From Rhizaria sp. SCN 62-66 (Eukaryota), in assembly GCA_001724265.1 (NCBI GenBank), contig MEDY01000027.1, positions 62,001 to 126,000 of the forward strand: DNA of 64,000 nucleotides. Direction: 5' to 3'. Shown here in pieces: positions 10,332 to 23,494 of this stretch. Every line of letters begins with the position of its first letter. Position 1 is the first letter of the stretch. Under the pieces are notes generated by a model. The model saw only the letters and a list, made by a program, of their open reading frames with translations, was not told where the DNA came from and searched no databases. The position numbers and the translations under genes are program-made.

Positions 10332-13300
10332 ATGTCGTATCGACCACGCTTGCACAGCGTCTCGCCTGTGCGGTCTGGCGCGGCGGGACTGCCCCCGGGC
10401 GTTGTGCTGCCGCCCCTCACGCCCTCGAAGCACCCGCTGTCGGCGGGCTCCTCGCCGGCCAAGCCGCCCCGGGTCTCGGCCGCACCGCCGCCGCCGCCGC
10501 TGGCGTCGCTGGCACTGTCCCTGGCGGGCGTCTCCTCCGCGGGCGCCGCGTTGGCGCTGCTCGGCAGCCCCGACCCACGCGACCTGTCCGCCCGCGAGGC
10601 CGCGCGCCGTGTCCGCGCGCTGCCCGTGGGCGCCGGCCCCACCTTCGTGTCCGCGCCCGAACCGCTCCCGCGGCCGCCGCTGCCCACCGCGACTGGCTCA
10701 CCCGTCCCGCTGCTCGGGCTTGCGCGCGCGCTGGGACACGCTGAGGCGGACGGCAGCGCCGGCGTCACTGCGGGCACCTCGGCCCGCGCGGTGCTGCTGG
10801 GGCGCCGAGGGCCGGCCTACGCCTTCGAGGTCGCAACGGCCTCCTCTGCGCCCGCCGGCGCGTCCACGGCGTCAGCCTCTGCTGCTGCCGTTGGCGCTGC
10901 AGCTGGAGCTGTCTCCGCTTATACCGCTGCTGCTACTGCAGCAGCTGGGAGCGCGCATGGGGAGCTCGTCAAAATCGCGTCGGCCGCGCCGCTCACGGCC
11001 CGCGAGCGCCACTCAACCGCTCACAGTTACGGTCACTCAGCCGCTCACAGCCACGGTCATTATGCTGTCTACGGTCATGGCAACGGGGCCACGCCGCCCG
11101 CCCAGCTTGCGCCGCTGCCGCCGTCGCCGGCGCGGCCCCCGCTGCCGCTGCCACACACGCACAACGATGCGCAGTTGTCGCTGCCGCTGCCGCTCTTCTC
11201 GCCTGCGCGGCCTGCGCGGCTGCCCGCGGGGTGGGCGCGCGACCGCAGCCGCCTGCGCCTGCTCGCCGACGAGCCCGCGCACCGGCCGGGCCCGCTCGCG
11301 CAGCCGCAGCTACAACAACGAGGTGGGCGGACGGGCGGAAAGGTGAAAGCGTCTGGACACAGTGTCAACACAACATCAGCGGCTGCCGCTTCTGTTGGGA
11401 CTGCTGCGGCCGAGGGCGCTGCTATAGCCTACCTTAACAATGCCGCCCCAGACGCCGGTGTTGGCGCAGAGCGCGCTCCGCCAGACGCCCCGCCTGACGC
11501 TGTGTCAGATGCTGGCTCCGACAGCGGCTCTGATAGCGCGACCGGCGACGGCGACGGCGTCGGCGTCGGTAGCCGCCTAGGGCTTGGGCTTGGCATGAAC
11601 GTCAACGTGAATGTTGTCACGCTCGCGAGGCAGGCGCTGGCCCCGTCGCCGGTGCCCGCGCTTTCGCCCGTGCCGTCGCCGGCACACGCGCTCGCCGACA
11701 CCCCCCGCAGCGGCAGCCACGGCGGCGCGGGCGGCGCGGCGGCGGCCTATGCAGCAGTGCCGCCGGCGGCCAGTCCGCGGCGCAGCCGGCTCAGCCGCGC
11801 GTTCAGCCGCGCCAACGACGACGACGATGACGACGACGACGCGGAGAACAATAGTCGCGGCCACGGCAATAGGTACTCAAACGGCGTGATCCACGGCAAC
11901 GGCTATGTGGACGACAAGCACGGCAGCGGCAATAAGACGGTTGCTGCGGCGTCCACGGCGCACGCGGCCGGCTGCGCTGCTAGCGACGGCGGCGACGCGG
12001 CGGAGGCGTCCCCGGAGTTCATCTCCAGCTCCGATCCCGACGCTGACGCCTACGTAGACGCAGACACAGAAGCAGTCGCTGGCGCGCATCACGTTACAGA
12101 GTCCGACGTGCAGTCAGACGCCGGGTCGTCGGTAATGTCGGTGATGGAGACTGGGAGCTATGCGCCCTCGCTCATCGGCTGGGGCGAGAGCCTCTCTCCG
12201 GGCCCCGCCGCCGCGGCTACCGCTGCTGTTGCGGAGGTGGCGGAGGCTGGGGCGGGGCACGATGCGCACAGCTCGAGTCCAAGCAACAGCCGCAGCATGA
12301 GCCCCAGTCCGCGGGCCGGCCACGGGCCAGGAGGCGGCGCGCCGCGCCAGCGCCAGCAGCGCAAGAACCCGCAGCAGCAACAGCAGCAGCAGCCGCAGAG
12401 TGGGCAGCCGCCGCTAAGCAAGGTACAGCGGCCTTATGTCAGTCCTGTGCCGGTCCCGCATCAGCAGCAACAGCAACCACAGTTGCCAAGTCCGGCGCAC
12501 GGGGACGGGTCGCGCCGGCACACGTCGAGTTCGGCGTCCGCCTCGATTGCCCACTCGCACGCGCAGTCGCATCTACCCTCGCACGTGGGCTCCGGCTCCG
12601 GCTCCGGCTCCGGCACGGGGCTCCCGCCTCTCGCCGCTGCACCGCCGCTCTCGGCAGGCCCCGCGGCCGCTGGCGCGCCCCCGTCCATCGCCAGCTCCGG
12701 CGGCTCCGGGCTTCCCCATGGCCACGCTCACGCTCACGGTCACGCCTACGGCCACGGCCAGGGCTCCGCAAGGGGGCTTGCGCACAGCGGCAGCAACTCG
12801 GCGCTGGGCCCCAGCCCGAGCCCGATCGTGGGCCTGGGCCTCGGCGCCGGTGCCGCCGTGGTCGGCACGCAGCACTCGCACGCGCTCGCGGCGGCGGCGC
12901 TGTCGCGGTCCGGCGCGGCGACGACCACGCCGCGCGCGTCCAAGGCGCGCCGCCTACTCGGGCGCACGGTGCACATGGCCGCCACGCCCACCTCGCGCCG
13001 CGTGGGCCGCAACCTTGTCGCCGCAGCCGCCGCGACGAGCGGCGCGGGCGGCACGGGCCCCTCGGCCTCGCGCGCGCTCGCACGCGCACTCGCGCACGCC
13101 CGCGGCGCCGGCGACGGCGACGGTGACGGCGGCGCGGGTGCGGCAGACCACGCCGACGACGAAGAGGAGGACATTGACGACGGCGACGACTACGTGTACG
13201 CCGAGGCGGACGCCGACGCCGACGCTGACGCGAGCTTTGGCTCGGGAACCACCAAGCTCAGTCGCCGCGTCTCCCTGGGCTTCCCGTCCGAGCACCGCAA

Positions 13301-16300
13301 TGGCTCGCACTCGTCCTTTCCGCCGCTGCCCATGCCGGCCGCGACGGCCCACGCCACCGCGGCTAGCGCGCGCGGCACCACGCTCGGTGCGAGTGTCGGA
13401 GTTGGCGTTGGCGCTGGCATCGGGGCTGGCGGCGACTCGGGCTCGGGCGCGAGCCTGACTGTGGGCTCGGCGCTGCGCACGAGCGGCAACTGTTCGTCCC
13501 CGTCGAGCGGTGCAGTGCGGCCGCAGTTGCTTGCGGCCGGCTTCTCGCTGCCAGGCGTCGAGCACGAGCGCGGGCGCGCCCCGCCGGACACGGGCGCCGG
13601 CGCCGGCGCGAGCGCGGCGCTGGGTTGCATTATCACGCCGCCGTCGCCGCTCTCTGCCGCGTCCTCCGCCGCCGTGGCCTCTGCCTCAGCAACGGGGACT
13701 GGCCGCCACGTCGGCGCGCCGCGGCCCTTCATGCTGCCGCCCTCGGCCGCGCTCGCCGCGGGCGGGCCCGTGGGCCTGATCGCGCTGGGCGACGCCGCGG
13801 GCCGCGCCACGCCGAGCCGCACGCCGGTGCCGCCGCACGCGCAAGCGCACGCGCTCGGGCACGGGCAGTCTGTGGCGGGCACGCCGCGGCGGCTCACGGG
13901 CCTGAGCAGCGGCCACTCGCATGCGCTGCCGCCGTCGCCGATGCAGGGCCCCTCGCCCGCGCCCACGGCGCCGCCCTCGCACTCGCCAGCCGGCGCGGCG
14001 TCGCTGGCCCTACCGGGCGCGGGCGCCGCGGCGGCGCGGGCGCGCGGGGGCCGCCGGTCGCACCGCGGGGCGCAGCACACGCAGCGTGCGCGGCGCATGA
14101 CGGCGTCGCAGTCGACCGAGGTGCTGTTGCGCGTGCGCTCGCCGACGCCCGCGCCGACGCTATCGCCGGCGCTGTCCCCGGCGATGTCGCCCGCGCTGTC
14201 GCCCGCCCTCTCCGCGCAGCCCTCGACGTCGCCGCACGCGGAGCCCGCCGCGGCAGCCCCGCTGCTCGTCAAGGGTCTTGCCGCCAATGCCAGCGTCGCG
14301 AGTCTGATTTCCGTTGCCAGCCACGCTGCGAGCGGGCCTAGAGCCGCCCTCGCGCGGCTCCGCGGCGTCGGCGCCGACGGCGCGAGAGCTGAACCCGCAT
14401 CTCACGGCGGACAGCCCCACGGCGGTCTCGCGCGCGGCAGTGCGGTGCGCGGCAGCGCGGCAGCGACGCGCGACGGCGTGGTCGCGAGCGTGGGCGTGAG
14501 CGGCAGCCACATCTCGCCCACGCATAGCCCGCGCGGCAGCGCACACAGTAGCAGTCCTCGCGCGAGTCGCCGCGGCAGCCTGGCCCACCCCGGGCCGCGC
14601 GCTGTGGCGGGCCCGATCGAGGTCGACGCGTCGGCACTCTCGTTCATGTCCGCTGACGCGGCCGAGGCTTCGCCGTCTGCCGTGTCGGGACTCCGCTTCG
14701 GCTCCGACTCGGGCGGCCCCGGCGACGACGGCCTCGGCGGCTGCGACACGTACCCCGACACGGACACCGTTGCGGGCGCGCACACTGACGGCGACGGCGA
14801 CGCGGCCGAGCGCGGCGTCACCGTGGGCGGCGCAACGTGCGCGCACAGCCACTGTCCGCCGCACTGCTGCGTGCACGCGCGGTGGGCTACGCCAACGCCG
14901 CACGACGCCGCGGCCGCGCAGTCACCCGGCGGCCGCCGCGAGGGCTCGCACGCGCACTCGCACGCGCTGCCCTACGGCCGCACGACGTCGGTCTTCTCGG
15001 CTGACTTGCCGCTGCCCACTGTCGCGCGCGGCGATGCCAGCGAGGCCGGCAGTGCGTGCGCCGGTCCCACAGCGCCTTCCTCGCCCACCGGATCTCTCAA
15101 GCAGGCGCACTCGCGGACGCCGGCACGCGCGCAGCAACAGCAGCAGCTAAAACTGCAGCACGAGAACACAAAGCCATTGACATTGACGCAGAAGCCGCAG
15201 ACGCGCACGCAGGGTCTCGGCGACGCTGTCATTCACATTCACACGGCACCCATTGTTGAGATTGACGTGGCGCGGCTGATGCACGAAACCACTGCAGTTG
15301 AGATGCACGCTGCCCCGAGCCCGCTGCTCAGCGCTGCCGGCGCCAAGGGCCCCACGCCGCCGGACAGCCGTCCCGTGACGGGCGTTGTGTCGCGGTCCGG
15401 CGCACTGGGCGCGGGCGCGAGCGCGGGCGCCGAGAATCTGGAGCTGGCGCTGGAGCAGCAAGTCGAGGCGCGGCTGCGGCAGATCAACTACGCTGTGGCC
15501 GCGGGCACGCCCGCGCTGGCGCCCGGCAGCCCCGCGCACGCGCTGCGGCTGGGCCCAGGCAGCGCGCTGGGCAGCCGCGCGACCTCAGCGTCGGCGGCGC
15601 CCGTGCCTGGCACGGCGTCGGGCCCGCGCTCTTGGAGCGGCTGGGCGGGCGCGCCGGGCGCCGCGGGGGACCGCTCGCCCGCAGACAGCCGCGTGCCGTC
15701 GGCGATGCGGCGCGCGGGGCTCGCCAGCGGCGGCGCGCCGGCCGCGAGCGGCGCACTGGGCCTGCCGCAGACGCCGCACACGCCCAGCGGCCGCGCCGCG
15801 GGTTGGCACGGGCCGGCCGCCGCCGCGGGGATGCCGCTGGGGCCTGGCCGCGGCGGGCTTATCGCGATGCCCTCAGCCGGCGCCGCGGCCGCTGCTGCTG
15901 CTGCCGCCGCAGCCGCCGCGGCCACAAGTGACTCCTCTGTGGGCGACGCCGTGGGCCGCGACCATCACAAGCGGTTCCCCTCGATCCACAGCATCGCGGA
16001 GGCTGAGGGCGACGCCGACGGCGACGGCGCGCGCGCGGCCAGCGGGGCGCGGCGCCGGCGACGGCGCCGGCGCAAAGATAAGGGCGCCGACTGCAGCAAC
16101 AAGGACACATCTGGCGAGCTGTCCCCGGACATGCTCCCGGTGCCACTGTCGCTGTCGATGCCGGCGGCGGGGCACGAGCTGGACGCGGCGACCGTGATGG
16201 GCGCGAGCGGGTCGCCGGACCCCGCGGCCGTCAACACCGGCTCGCTCAGCCCGTTCATCCGCGAGACACGCTCGCTGCTGCAATCGCGCTTCACCGAGCT

Positions 16301-17444
16301 CTCGGCTGAGGGCGCCGGCGCCGTCGCCCGCGCCGCAGGGGCCGCGCGCGGCGCCGGCGCGCCGTCGGGGCTGCTGCCGACGCACACGCCGCTAGCGCGC
16401 CGGCTCACGGCGGACGGCGAGCCGATCTCCGACTCGACCGACGGCGGAGACTCCGGCTATGACTCGCTCTCCGATGACGACAGCGCAGAACACGCGCGTG
16501 ATCAGGCAGCGGCCGCCGCGGCGGCTGCGGCGGCAGCGCTGGAGAGCAACCCGTACGTGACGCGGTTCGGCGGCGAGGCGTACTACATCTCGCCGCGCAT
16601 GGGCTTCTACGCCGAGTACGACTAGGACGATCAGTGTCTGCGCCCCGACACGGCTCAGTCGACGCGCGCAGACCCCGTCGTTGATGTCGCTCTTGCGCTC
16701 GCGCAGCCAGAGTTGCAGTTGCAGGCACAGGCACAACCAGTTGCGCTTAGACTCATGTCTGAGGTTGACATGAGTACGCTATCGTCGAACGCGCACCCCA
16801 TTGCTGCCGATGCTCCAGCTGCTCCCGCGTCCGCTCGCGCGCAGCAGCGCGAACGCATCCCAGGGCCCGCTGCGCAGCTGGCGGCCGCCGAGGACGCGAT
16901 TGCGGCCATGTACGGCACGCCCCTGAACTCGACAGCTGTGGGCAGTTCCGGACCGATGCTCGCGTACTCGGCTCGCGCTGCTCAAAAGAGCCAGAGCCAG
17001 CCAGCCAAGCGCGGCGCAACTGCGTCCGAGGCTGGCGGACGCGTGATTAAGCTCGGCAAGCCTGCACAGCAGCAGCAGCAGCAGCACGGTGAGCCCGGAG
17101 ACTTGACTGTCGCGACCGACCGTGGGCGCTCACCGCCACGGTCCGCTGCCGCGCCCTCAGTCATGGTCACTGGCGCCGGGTTAGGCGGCATGGGCGCGCA
17201 CACCGCAGCGCACAGTGCCGCGGCCCTGGCAACTGCGAAGCAGGCTGCGCGGCATGTGCTCGTTGTGCCGTCTCCTCAACAACCAGTGCAACAGCAACAG
17301 CAGCAGCAACAACGGTTCTCGCTGATGCCCAAGCGGCGCGTTGGCGAGTCCGGGCTTGAAGTGACCGTGATGGGCACGCATGTCGGCAAACCTCCTGCCT
17401 CCTCCAAATCTGGTGACGCTGGTGCTGCAAACAGTAACAAGTGA
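10332..17444 (+). CDS. Giant low-complexity, probably disordered Ala/Ser/Pro/Gly/His-rich protein, ~2370 aa, with one in-frame TAG at 16623-16625; no recognisable domain
   Basis: ORFs 10158..16625 and 16713..17444 are in the same frame with no other stop between them. GC-rich composition persists to TGA at 17442-17444 and then drops. Many SP/SPR motifs, polyQ and acidic runs, and an RRRRRRRK basic patch. Start is uncertain (ATG 10221 or 10332). Confidence 0.7.
16623..16625 (+). other. In-frame TAG, candidate sense codon
   Basis: Context is GFYAEYD*DDQCLRPD; about 270 further sense codons follow. Confidence 0.65.
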
Positions 17445-17920
17445 AACAAAACTGAAAACGAATGACACACAGCTACTTAATGATCCTTTTTTTGAACTTT
17501 TGAATGTATTGAAGCAGCGAGTCGTCGTGTTAACTCATGAACAATCGAGCGTTGCTGCAAAATAATAACGAAGACAACATACGTACTTTGATAATAATTT
17601 GATTCTTTTGATTCGTGTGCGTGGTGTGCGAGAGATAAACGACTCGTACGAAATAAACTTATTTCATCTTACATTACGGGAACTCACAATCACAACACAC
17701 ACAGACACACATTCCTCCTTTCTAGCTATAAAATAATGCTAATGACCTCCTAATTAAAGTGATAATTAAATTACCTTAGTCGCGCCCCCGCTCAATTGCA
17801 GCCTGCAAGAATAAACCAAGCAGGCAGACACATCACCGACAGCGGGGCTTGGCTTCACTGTCAGTCACTCACGTTGATGTTAGCCGCCGCATTCACTCAC
17901 TTACTCACTCACGGGCAGAC

Positions 17921-20795
17921 TTAGTTGGAGGCGGAGAGCTCCTTGATCTTCCAGCCGCCCTCGCCGTCGCCCATGAACTCGAGCTCGAGCTCGTGGAACT
18001 TGCGCAGCGCGGGGCGGTGCGCGATGGAGAAGACAGTGACGCCCATGTCCACCACGGTCTGGTACAGCCGCACCTCGTCCTCGGGGTGCACGGCCGACGT
18101 CGCCTCGTCGATGACGGCGAACAGCGGCTGGTGGAAGAAGACGCGCGCGAAGCCAAGCTTCTGGCGCTCGCCGCCGGAGAGGCGCTGCTCCCACTCCTCG
18201 CAGACCGTGTCCAGGCCCTGCGGCTGGTTCGCGATGACGTTGTCGAGCCCGGCCAGGTGGCACGCGCGCAGCACGGCCTCGTCGTCGGACGCGTCGAAGC
18301 CAGAGCGCACGGGGTACGTCACCTGATCGCGCAGCGTGCCCAGCACCATGTAGGGGCGCTGCGGCAGCCACATAAGCCCGCCCATGGCGCCCTGGCTCTC
18401 CTCGTTCGAGTTGACCGTGTCGGCGGCGGCCGCGGCGGCCGCGGCGGCGGCGTCCTTCTCCTTCTTGTCGGTGAGCAGCGAGGAACGGCGCGTGCTGTTG
18501 CGCGCGCGCTCAGCCTGCGCGAGCGCGTAGGCGGACGCGAAGCCGTGGCCGAGGCCCGACTCGCTGACGCGCTTGGCGGGGCGCGTGATGCGGCCCGCGT
18601 AGAGCGGCCACAGCCCGGCAAGGACGCGGAACAGCGACGTCTTGCCGGCGCCGTTGGGGCCAGTCACGAGGACGGAGCGGCCGCGGCGGATCGAGAGGTT
18701 GAGGTCCTTGAGCAGCACGCGGTACGTGCCGTCCTTGTTCTGGCCAGAGATGGTGACGTCGCTCGCGCCGTGCGCGTCGATCGCCTGCACGTGCGCATCG
18801 GGCGGCAGCACCGTGACGTGGTTGAATGTGATGGCGGGCACCTTGGTGTTGATGTTGATGCAGCCGTGCGCGTCGCACATGATCGACGGCTCGTCGCTCT
18901 CGACCGAGCTGGCGGCCGCGGCGAGCGCGCGCTCGTCCTTGGACACGATCGTGTCCGCGGTCTCAGTCTCGCCGAAAACCGTCACCAGCGGCGCGCCGGC
19001 CTGTGACACGCCGGGCGTGGAAGAGAAGAGCTTCTGCGCGCGGTGGGACTCCTTGGCGGCGTCCTTTTCGACGGCCTCAAGCGCGTTGACGAGGTCGGTG
19101 ATGCGCGAGGTGTAGCCCGCGAGCTCCTGCAGCTCCTTGCCGAGCAGCAGCAGCTCCGAGAAGGAGTTGCCGCAGCGCAGCATGATCTCTTCCGTCGCGC
19201 GGAACTGCGACATGCGCTGCGAGGCGGAGACGTTGGTGGCGAGCAGGAAAGGCACGTGGACGAAGACGCCGCCCGCGAGCATGCCAGAGAACTTGACGAG
19301 GTTGTCGGCGATGGACTTGCGGACACGCTGCAGCGCGTGGCGCGAGCGAGTGTCCATGAGCGCGTTCATACGCTCGTCAACGATGCGGCGCTCCGTGTCG
19401 GCGCCGCGGAGGAAGGCAATCTCCTCGGCGTTTGCGATGATGCGGTGGTGCGCGCGGTGGAAGTCGCCCTCGAGCGAGGCCTCGCGCGCGACCATGGGGC
19501 CCAGCGGCGGCGCCAGCGAGCGGCACGCGACGTTGATCAGCGCGGAGACGGCAAAGAGCATGAGCGGGCGCTTGAAGCCGAGGTCGCGCGAGGCCTCGAA
19601 GAGCGACATGGTGAACTCGAGCATGGGCTTGAACGAGTGACCGTAGAGGAAAGCCACGTTGTCGGAGAAGGCCTGGATGTCGTTGACGATACGCTGGTCG
19701 ATGTTGTCGAGCGTAACGGCGACGTCCGAGGGCGCGGTGCCCGAGGCGCGCTTGAGCACGGTGGCGCGGTAGAAGTTGAGGCCCTTGAGGTACTTGGAGT
19801 GGGCGTAGGCCGTGAGCGAGCGGCGGATGTTGAGAGCGATGAGCGACTCGCAAAAGCGCAGGCCGGAGTTGACCATGATGCCGCCGCCCATCCACATGGA
19901 GAAGTTGACGAGCCAGCGCACCCAGGCCTCCCATGAGGCGCGCGAGATGGCCTGCGTGATGGTGATGACGGAGGCCTTGACGCACGTGATGGTGAGGAAC
20001 GTGCGCATCACGAGCAGGCAGAACTGCACGGCCATGAGCTGCGCCGTGTAGCACGTCGGCGACGGGATGGCGACCTTGAGCAGGCGGTAGAGCTGGTGGA
20101 ACAGTGCCATGCCCGAAGGCACGCGGGGCTTCTTCTTGCTCTTCTCGCGCTCCTTCTCCATCGACGCCGCGGCCTCCTTGACGCGCTGCGCGGCCTCGGC
20201 GGTCTTGGCCGCAATGTCGGCCTCAGTAGCGCCCTTAACGGCCATCGCCGCTGCGGTCGCGCGCGCGATAGCGTTCTTGGCAATGACCTTGTTCTCGGCC
20301 GACTTCTTCATCGCGACGCTACGCAGACGCAGGTACTCGCGCACGCCCAGCGCGCCGAAGCCGCCGACGCTGAGAATCAGGAAGGTCATCAGGAGCTTAT
20401 CGCGGAAGACGATAGAGGCGACGCTCTTGACGGACGCAACGCCGTGGTTGGTCAGGGCCGAGACGACATGGGACCAGGAGAGGATACCGTGACTGGCATT
20501 GTAAATGCCGGTGGTCGACGTAGCTGCAAAGGGAACACGAGGAAAGCATTGAGCGGATAGACAAGAGAGGGAATTGAAGATAAGTGGCAGAATCAACAGC
20601 GTATGATTGAGATGGAAAGACTGTGTGTAATCTTGATAGAGTATGTTGCGTTGACTAGGCGCTGGAAGTGCGATTGCTGACCAGTTCTCGTCGACGACTG
20701 TGACGAAGCGATGCAAAGCGGATGCATGTGGCGAGTTCTATAGATGACGTACCCGAAGAGGAAGCAGGAGGGACCTGCGGCTTCGACAAAGACAT
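17921..20795 (-). CDS. ABCD-family (PMP70/ALDP-like, peroxisomal-type) ABC half-transporter, ~881 aa; exons 20795-20753 and 20523-17921
   Basis: ABCD hallmarks LDNIDQRIVNDI and EEIAFLRG, Walker A GPNGAGKT, LPQRPYMVLGTLRDQVTYP, signature LSGGE, Walker B FAVIDEATSAV and H-loop SIAHR. Ends in TAA. First exon MSLSKPQVPPASSS joins in phase 1. Confidence 0.93.
20524..20752 (-). other. Spliceosomal intron (229 nt)
   Basis: GTACGT donor and TTCCCTTTGCAG acceptor on the minus strand; phase matches the 43-nt ATG exon. Confidence 0.8.
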
Positions 20796-21346
20796 CTCAC
20801 CGCCTTTGGACAACCTCTAGGTGTGTCTGTGAAAGGAACAAAATGCACAGAATTAATGCATGCACGGAGGATTGAGAGTGGGGAGGGGGGGCGAACCGGG
20901 CGGCGGAGATAGTAGGCATTAAAAGTCACAGACACGATTGCGAAAAGGAAAATCGAGTACAACAAAGCGTGATATAATCTGATTCAAGCAGCCATGCATG
21001 CTTGTGATCGAGGTGTCGCGAAATCGGACTCAATGCGGAATCGTCTAAAGGGGTCACTCGGTCGACGGCTGTCAGTGGCGCGCTTCTTCTCTCCGCTGGT
21101 TCCGAGAAAATCGAGACCACCACGTCGTCCGCCTTGCTTGGAAGGAGGACCCAACTAACGAGGCGCCAGAGAGCTTGGAACTCCAACTATGCAAAGTAGT
21201 GTGATCTCTTTAAAATTGCGTATGAGAAACAAAAAATACTATTTAATTCCGTGCTTGACTGAGCTCTTTGAGAGTCTTAAAAGACTCGCTTTAATCGGCT
21301 TGCTCGTCAAGGTTTGAGTCGTTGCAGGGTTCTCTTAAACCACACC

Positions 21347-21649
21347 GTATGCAACGTCATTGCGCTATCTACGAACAACCGTGAAATATTTGGTTCACTG
21401 TGTAGTACTTCTAGTAATATCCTTCGTAACTGTCTTGCAAAGCTTGTTATAGATGTGTGGCGCCTTGAACCATGATCTGTGATGTCATCATGCGCGTGCG
21501 AATGGCCGCGCCTTTTGCTTCCTGGTGTTTACATCTCTATAGATGGCTTCTGCGACTTGATATGACTGAATTTTACGATAGGCCATTAACTCACGGTCTT
21601 ACTTATCCTTTCTTTTGCTTTCCAACCCTTTGTCTTGTTTTGACTACAG
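21347..21649 (+). other. Putative 5'-UTR intron of the amino-acid transporter
   Basis: GTATGC donor candidate and a long pyrimidine tract ending TTTTGACTACAG. No reading-frame test is possible and the donor is uncertain. Confidence 0.4.
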
Positions 21650-21751
21650 ACTCCCCACTTCCTTTACACTTCCTCCTTTGGAGCGTTCCTTTTGACTGGT
21701 AACCTTTGTGAAGAGACCGCCGAGTCACTCTCTGCTGCGCAACACTTAACC

Positions 21752-23494
21752 ATGGGTTACGTTGGGCCCGCTAGTGCCGAGGGCAGTGGCTCGTTTTCGA
21801 CCGTGCAAAACCTCATCAAGCCTTTCGTCGGCGCCGGTATCCTCGCGCTGCCTAAAGTGTGGTCTGACGGTGGTATCCTCCTCTCGTCCGGTCTGTTGCT
21901 CGTGCTCGCCTACGTTGCGCTCTGGGCCATCTTCTGCCTTGTTCAATGCTCCGATGACATGATGCTCGCCGAGGCGCGCCGCAACGCCCGCCAGCGCCTC
22001 GCCGCGCAGTCTCCGTCCTCGCCCTCGTCTTCCAGCGGCTCACTGAGCTCTGCGCCCGCCCCCACGTCGTACGCGTCCAACGACGAGTTCTCTGCCGCCG
22101 TGGTGCCGCTGTTTGACGCCAATGTGTTTGATGACAGCCTCATCTCCGCCGCGGACCGCGCGGCCGTGCCGCTGCCGACCTTTACCGAGGTCGGCCGCGC
22201 CGCGTTCGGCTACTGGGGCGCCTTCGCCGTCGACGTGTCGATCCTCATCACGCAGATGGGCGCGTGCATCGCCTACATCGTCTTTATGTCCAAGAACTTT
22301 TCTCAGGTCATTGGGCTGGCGGCGCCGATCTGGGTGGGCATAATGTTTATCCCGCTCGCGCTGCTGTCGACGATCCGCAAGATGGAGAAACTGGCGCCCT
22401 TCTCCGCCATGGGCAACATCGTCTACATCTTCACCATCATCGTCATCATGATCCAGGGTGTGCGCGCCAACAACATGGTGCCGCGCGATGACATCGTGTG
22501 GAGCGATTTTTCTTTCCTCCCGCTCATCTTCGGCACCGTGTCATTCGCGCTCGAGGGCATCGCGCTCATCCTGCCGATCAAGAACCGCATGAAGCAACCG
22601 GCCGACTTCCGCAAGCTCATGGTCATCGCCATGATCGTCGTCACGCTGCTCTATCTGGGTTTTTCCATCTTCGGCTACGTGCTCTTCCGCGACGTCAAGT
22701 CGCCCATCATCTCCTCGCTGCCCGACGACTGGCTCACCGACACGGTCAAGATCTCGCTCTCAATCGCCATCTTCTTTACCTTCGTGCTGCAGACCTTCCC
22801 GGCCGCGCTCTTCTTTGATGAGGTCATCGACGCCAAGCTCGGCATCAGCATGGCCGAGCTCAAGGCGGCCAAGATCCGCGAGCGCGAGATGCTCACAGCC
22901 TCCGGCGCCGTGCTGGGCAGCGACGACAACCCGGCCGACGACCTGGACTCGCCCGAAGTGCTCGTGCCGCACCTTGCAGGCCGCCGCTTCGCGCTGCAGA
23001 ACATGGCGCGCTTCCTCTTCGTCGCCTTTGTGTGCATCGTCGGTATTATCTTCCCCGACTTCAAGCTTATCGTCTCGCTCTTTGGCTCGCTGTCCAACGC
23101 CATGCTCGCCTACGTCTTCCCCGCGCTTTTCTGGATCAAGATCTGCTCCTCGGTGCCGCTCTACGGCGTCATCTACTTCCCCTTCTCGCGCACGGGCGAG
23201 CCGGCGCACAACCCGTTCCTGCCCGCCGACGACGGCGAGACGCTGCTGGGCGAGGAGGGCGACTCCGAGTCCGCGAGCGGCGTCTCCGCGCGCGCCGCCG
23301 CACACAACAAGCACCGCCAGATCAACGCCGAGGACGTCCAGGTCGAGAAGCCCGTGGCCGTGATGTCGCCCACCACGGCGCAGAAGGCCAAGTGGATCGT
23401 CTTCCCCATCGTCGTCGCCGTGCTGGGCATCATCGCCTCCATCATCGGTGTCACCGACGCCATCCGTGACCTCGTCAAGGAGTTCTCCTCGTAA
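21752..23494 (+). CDS. Aa_trans (AAAP/SLC36/AVT3-like) amino-acid transporter, ~580 aa
   Basis: N-terminal NLIKPFVGAGILALP motif, FGTVSFALEGIALILPIKNRMKQP motif, and about 11 hydrophobic segments. Ends in TAA. Confidence 0.92.
   Translation: MGYVGPASAEGSGSFSTVQNLIKPFVGAGILALPKVWSDGGILLSSGLLLVLAYVALWAIFCLVQCSDDMMLAEARRNARQRLAAQSPSSPSSSSGSLSSAPAPTSYASNDEFSAAVVPLFDANVFDDSLISAADRAAVPLPTFTEVGRAAFGYWGAFAVDVSILITQMGACIAYIVFMSKNFSQVIGLAAPIWVGIMFIPLALLSTIRKMEKLAPFSAMGNIVYIFTIIVIMIQGVRANNMVPRDDIVWSDFSFLPLIFGTVSFALEGIALILPIKNRMKQPADFRKLMVIAMIVVTLLYLGFSIFGYVLFRDVKSPIISSLPDDWLTDTVKISLSIAIFFTFVLQTFPAALFFDEVIDAKLGISMAELKAAKIREREMLTASGAVLGSDDNPADDLDSPEVLVPHLAGRRFALQNMARFLFVAFVCIVGIIFPDFKLIVSLFGSLSNAMLAYVFPALFWIKICSSVPLYGVIYFPFSRTGEPAHNPFLPADDGETLLGEEGDSESASGVSARAAAHNKHRQINAEDVQVEKPVAVMSPTTAQKAKWIVFPIVVAVLGIIASIIGVTDAIRDLVKEFSS

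Noticed and set aside
17849-20560. Plus-strand ORFs of 130-385 aa
   Set aside because: Antisense shadows of the ABCD transporter.
20524-20716. N-terminal extension MHRFVTVV.. of the ABCD ORF in the track
   Set aside because: It uses a non-ATG start and lies inside the predicted intron; the ATG exon at 20795-20753 fits in phase.
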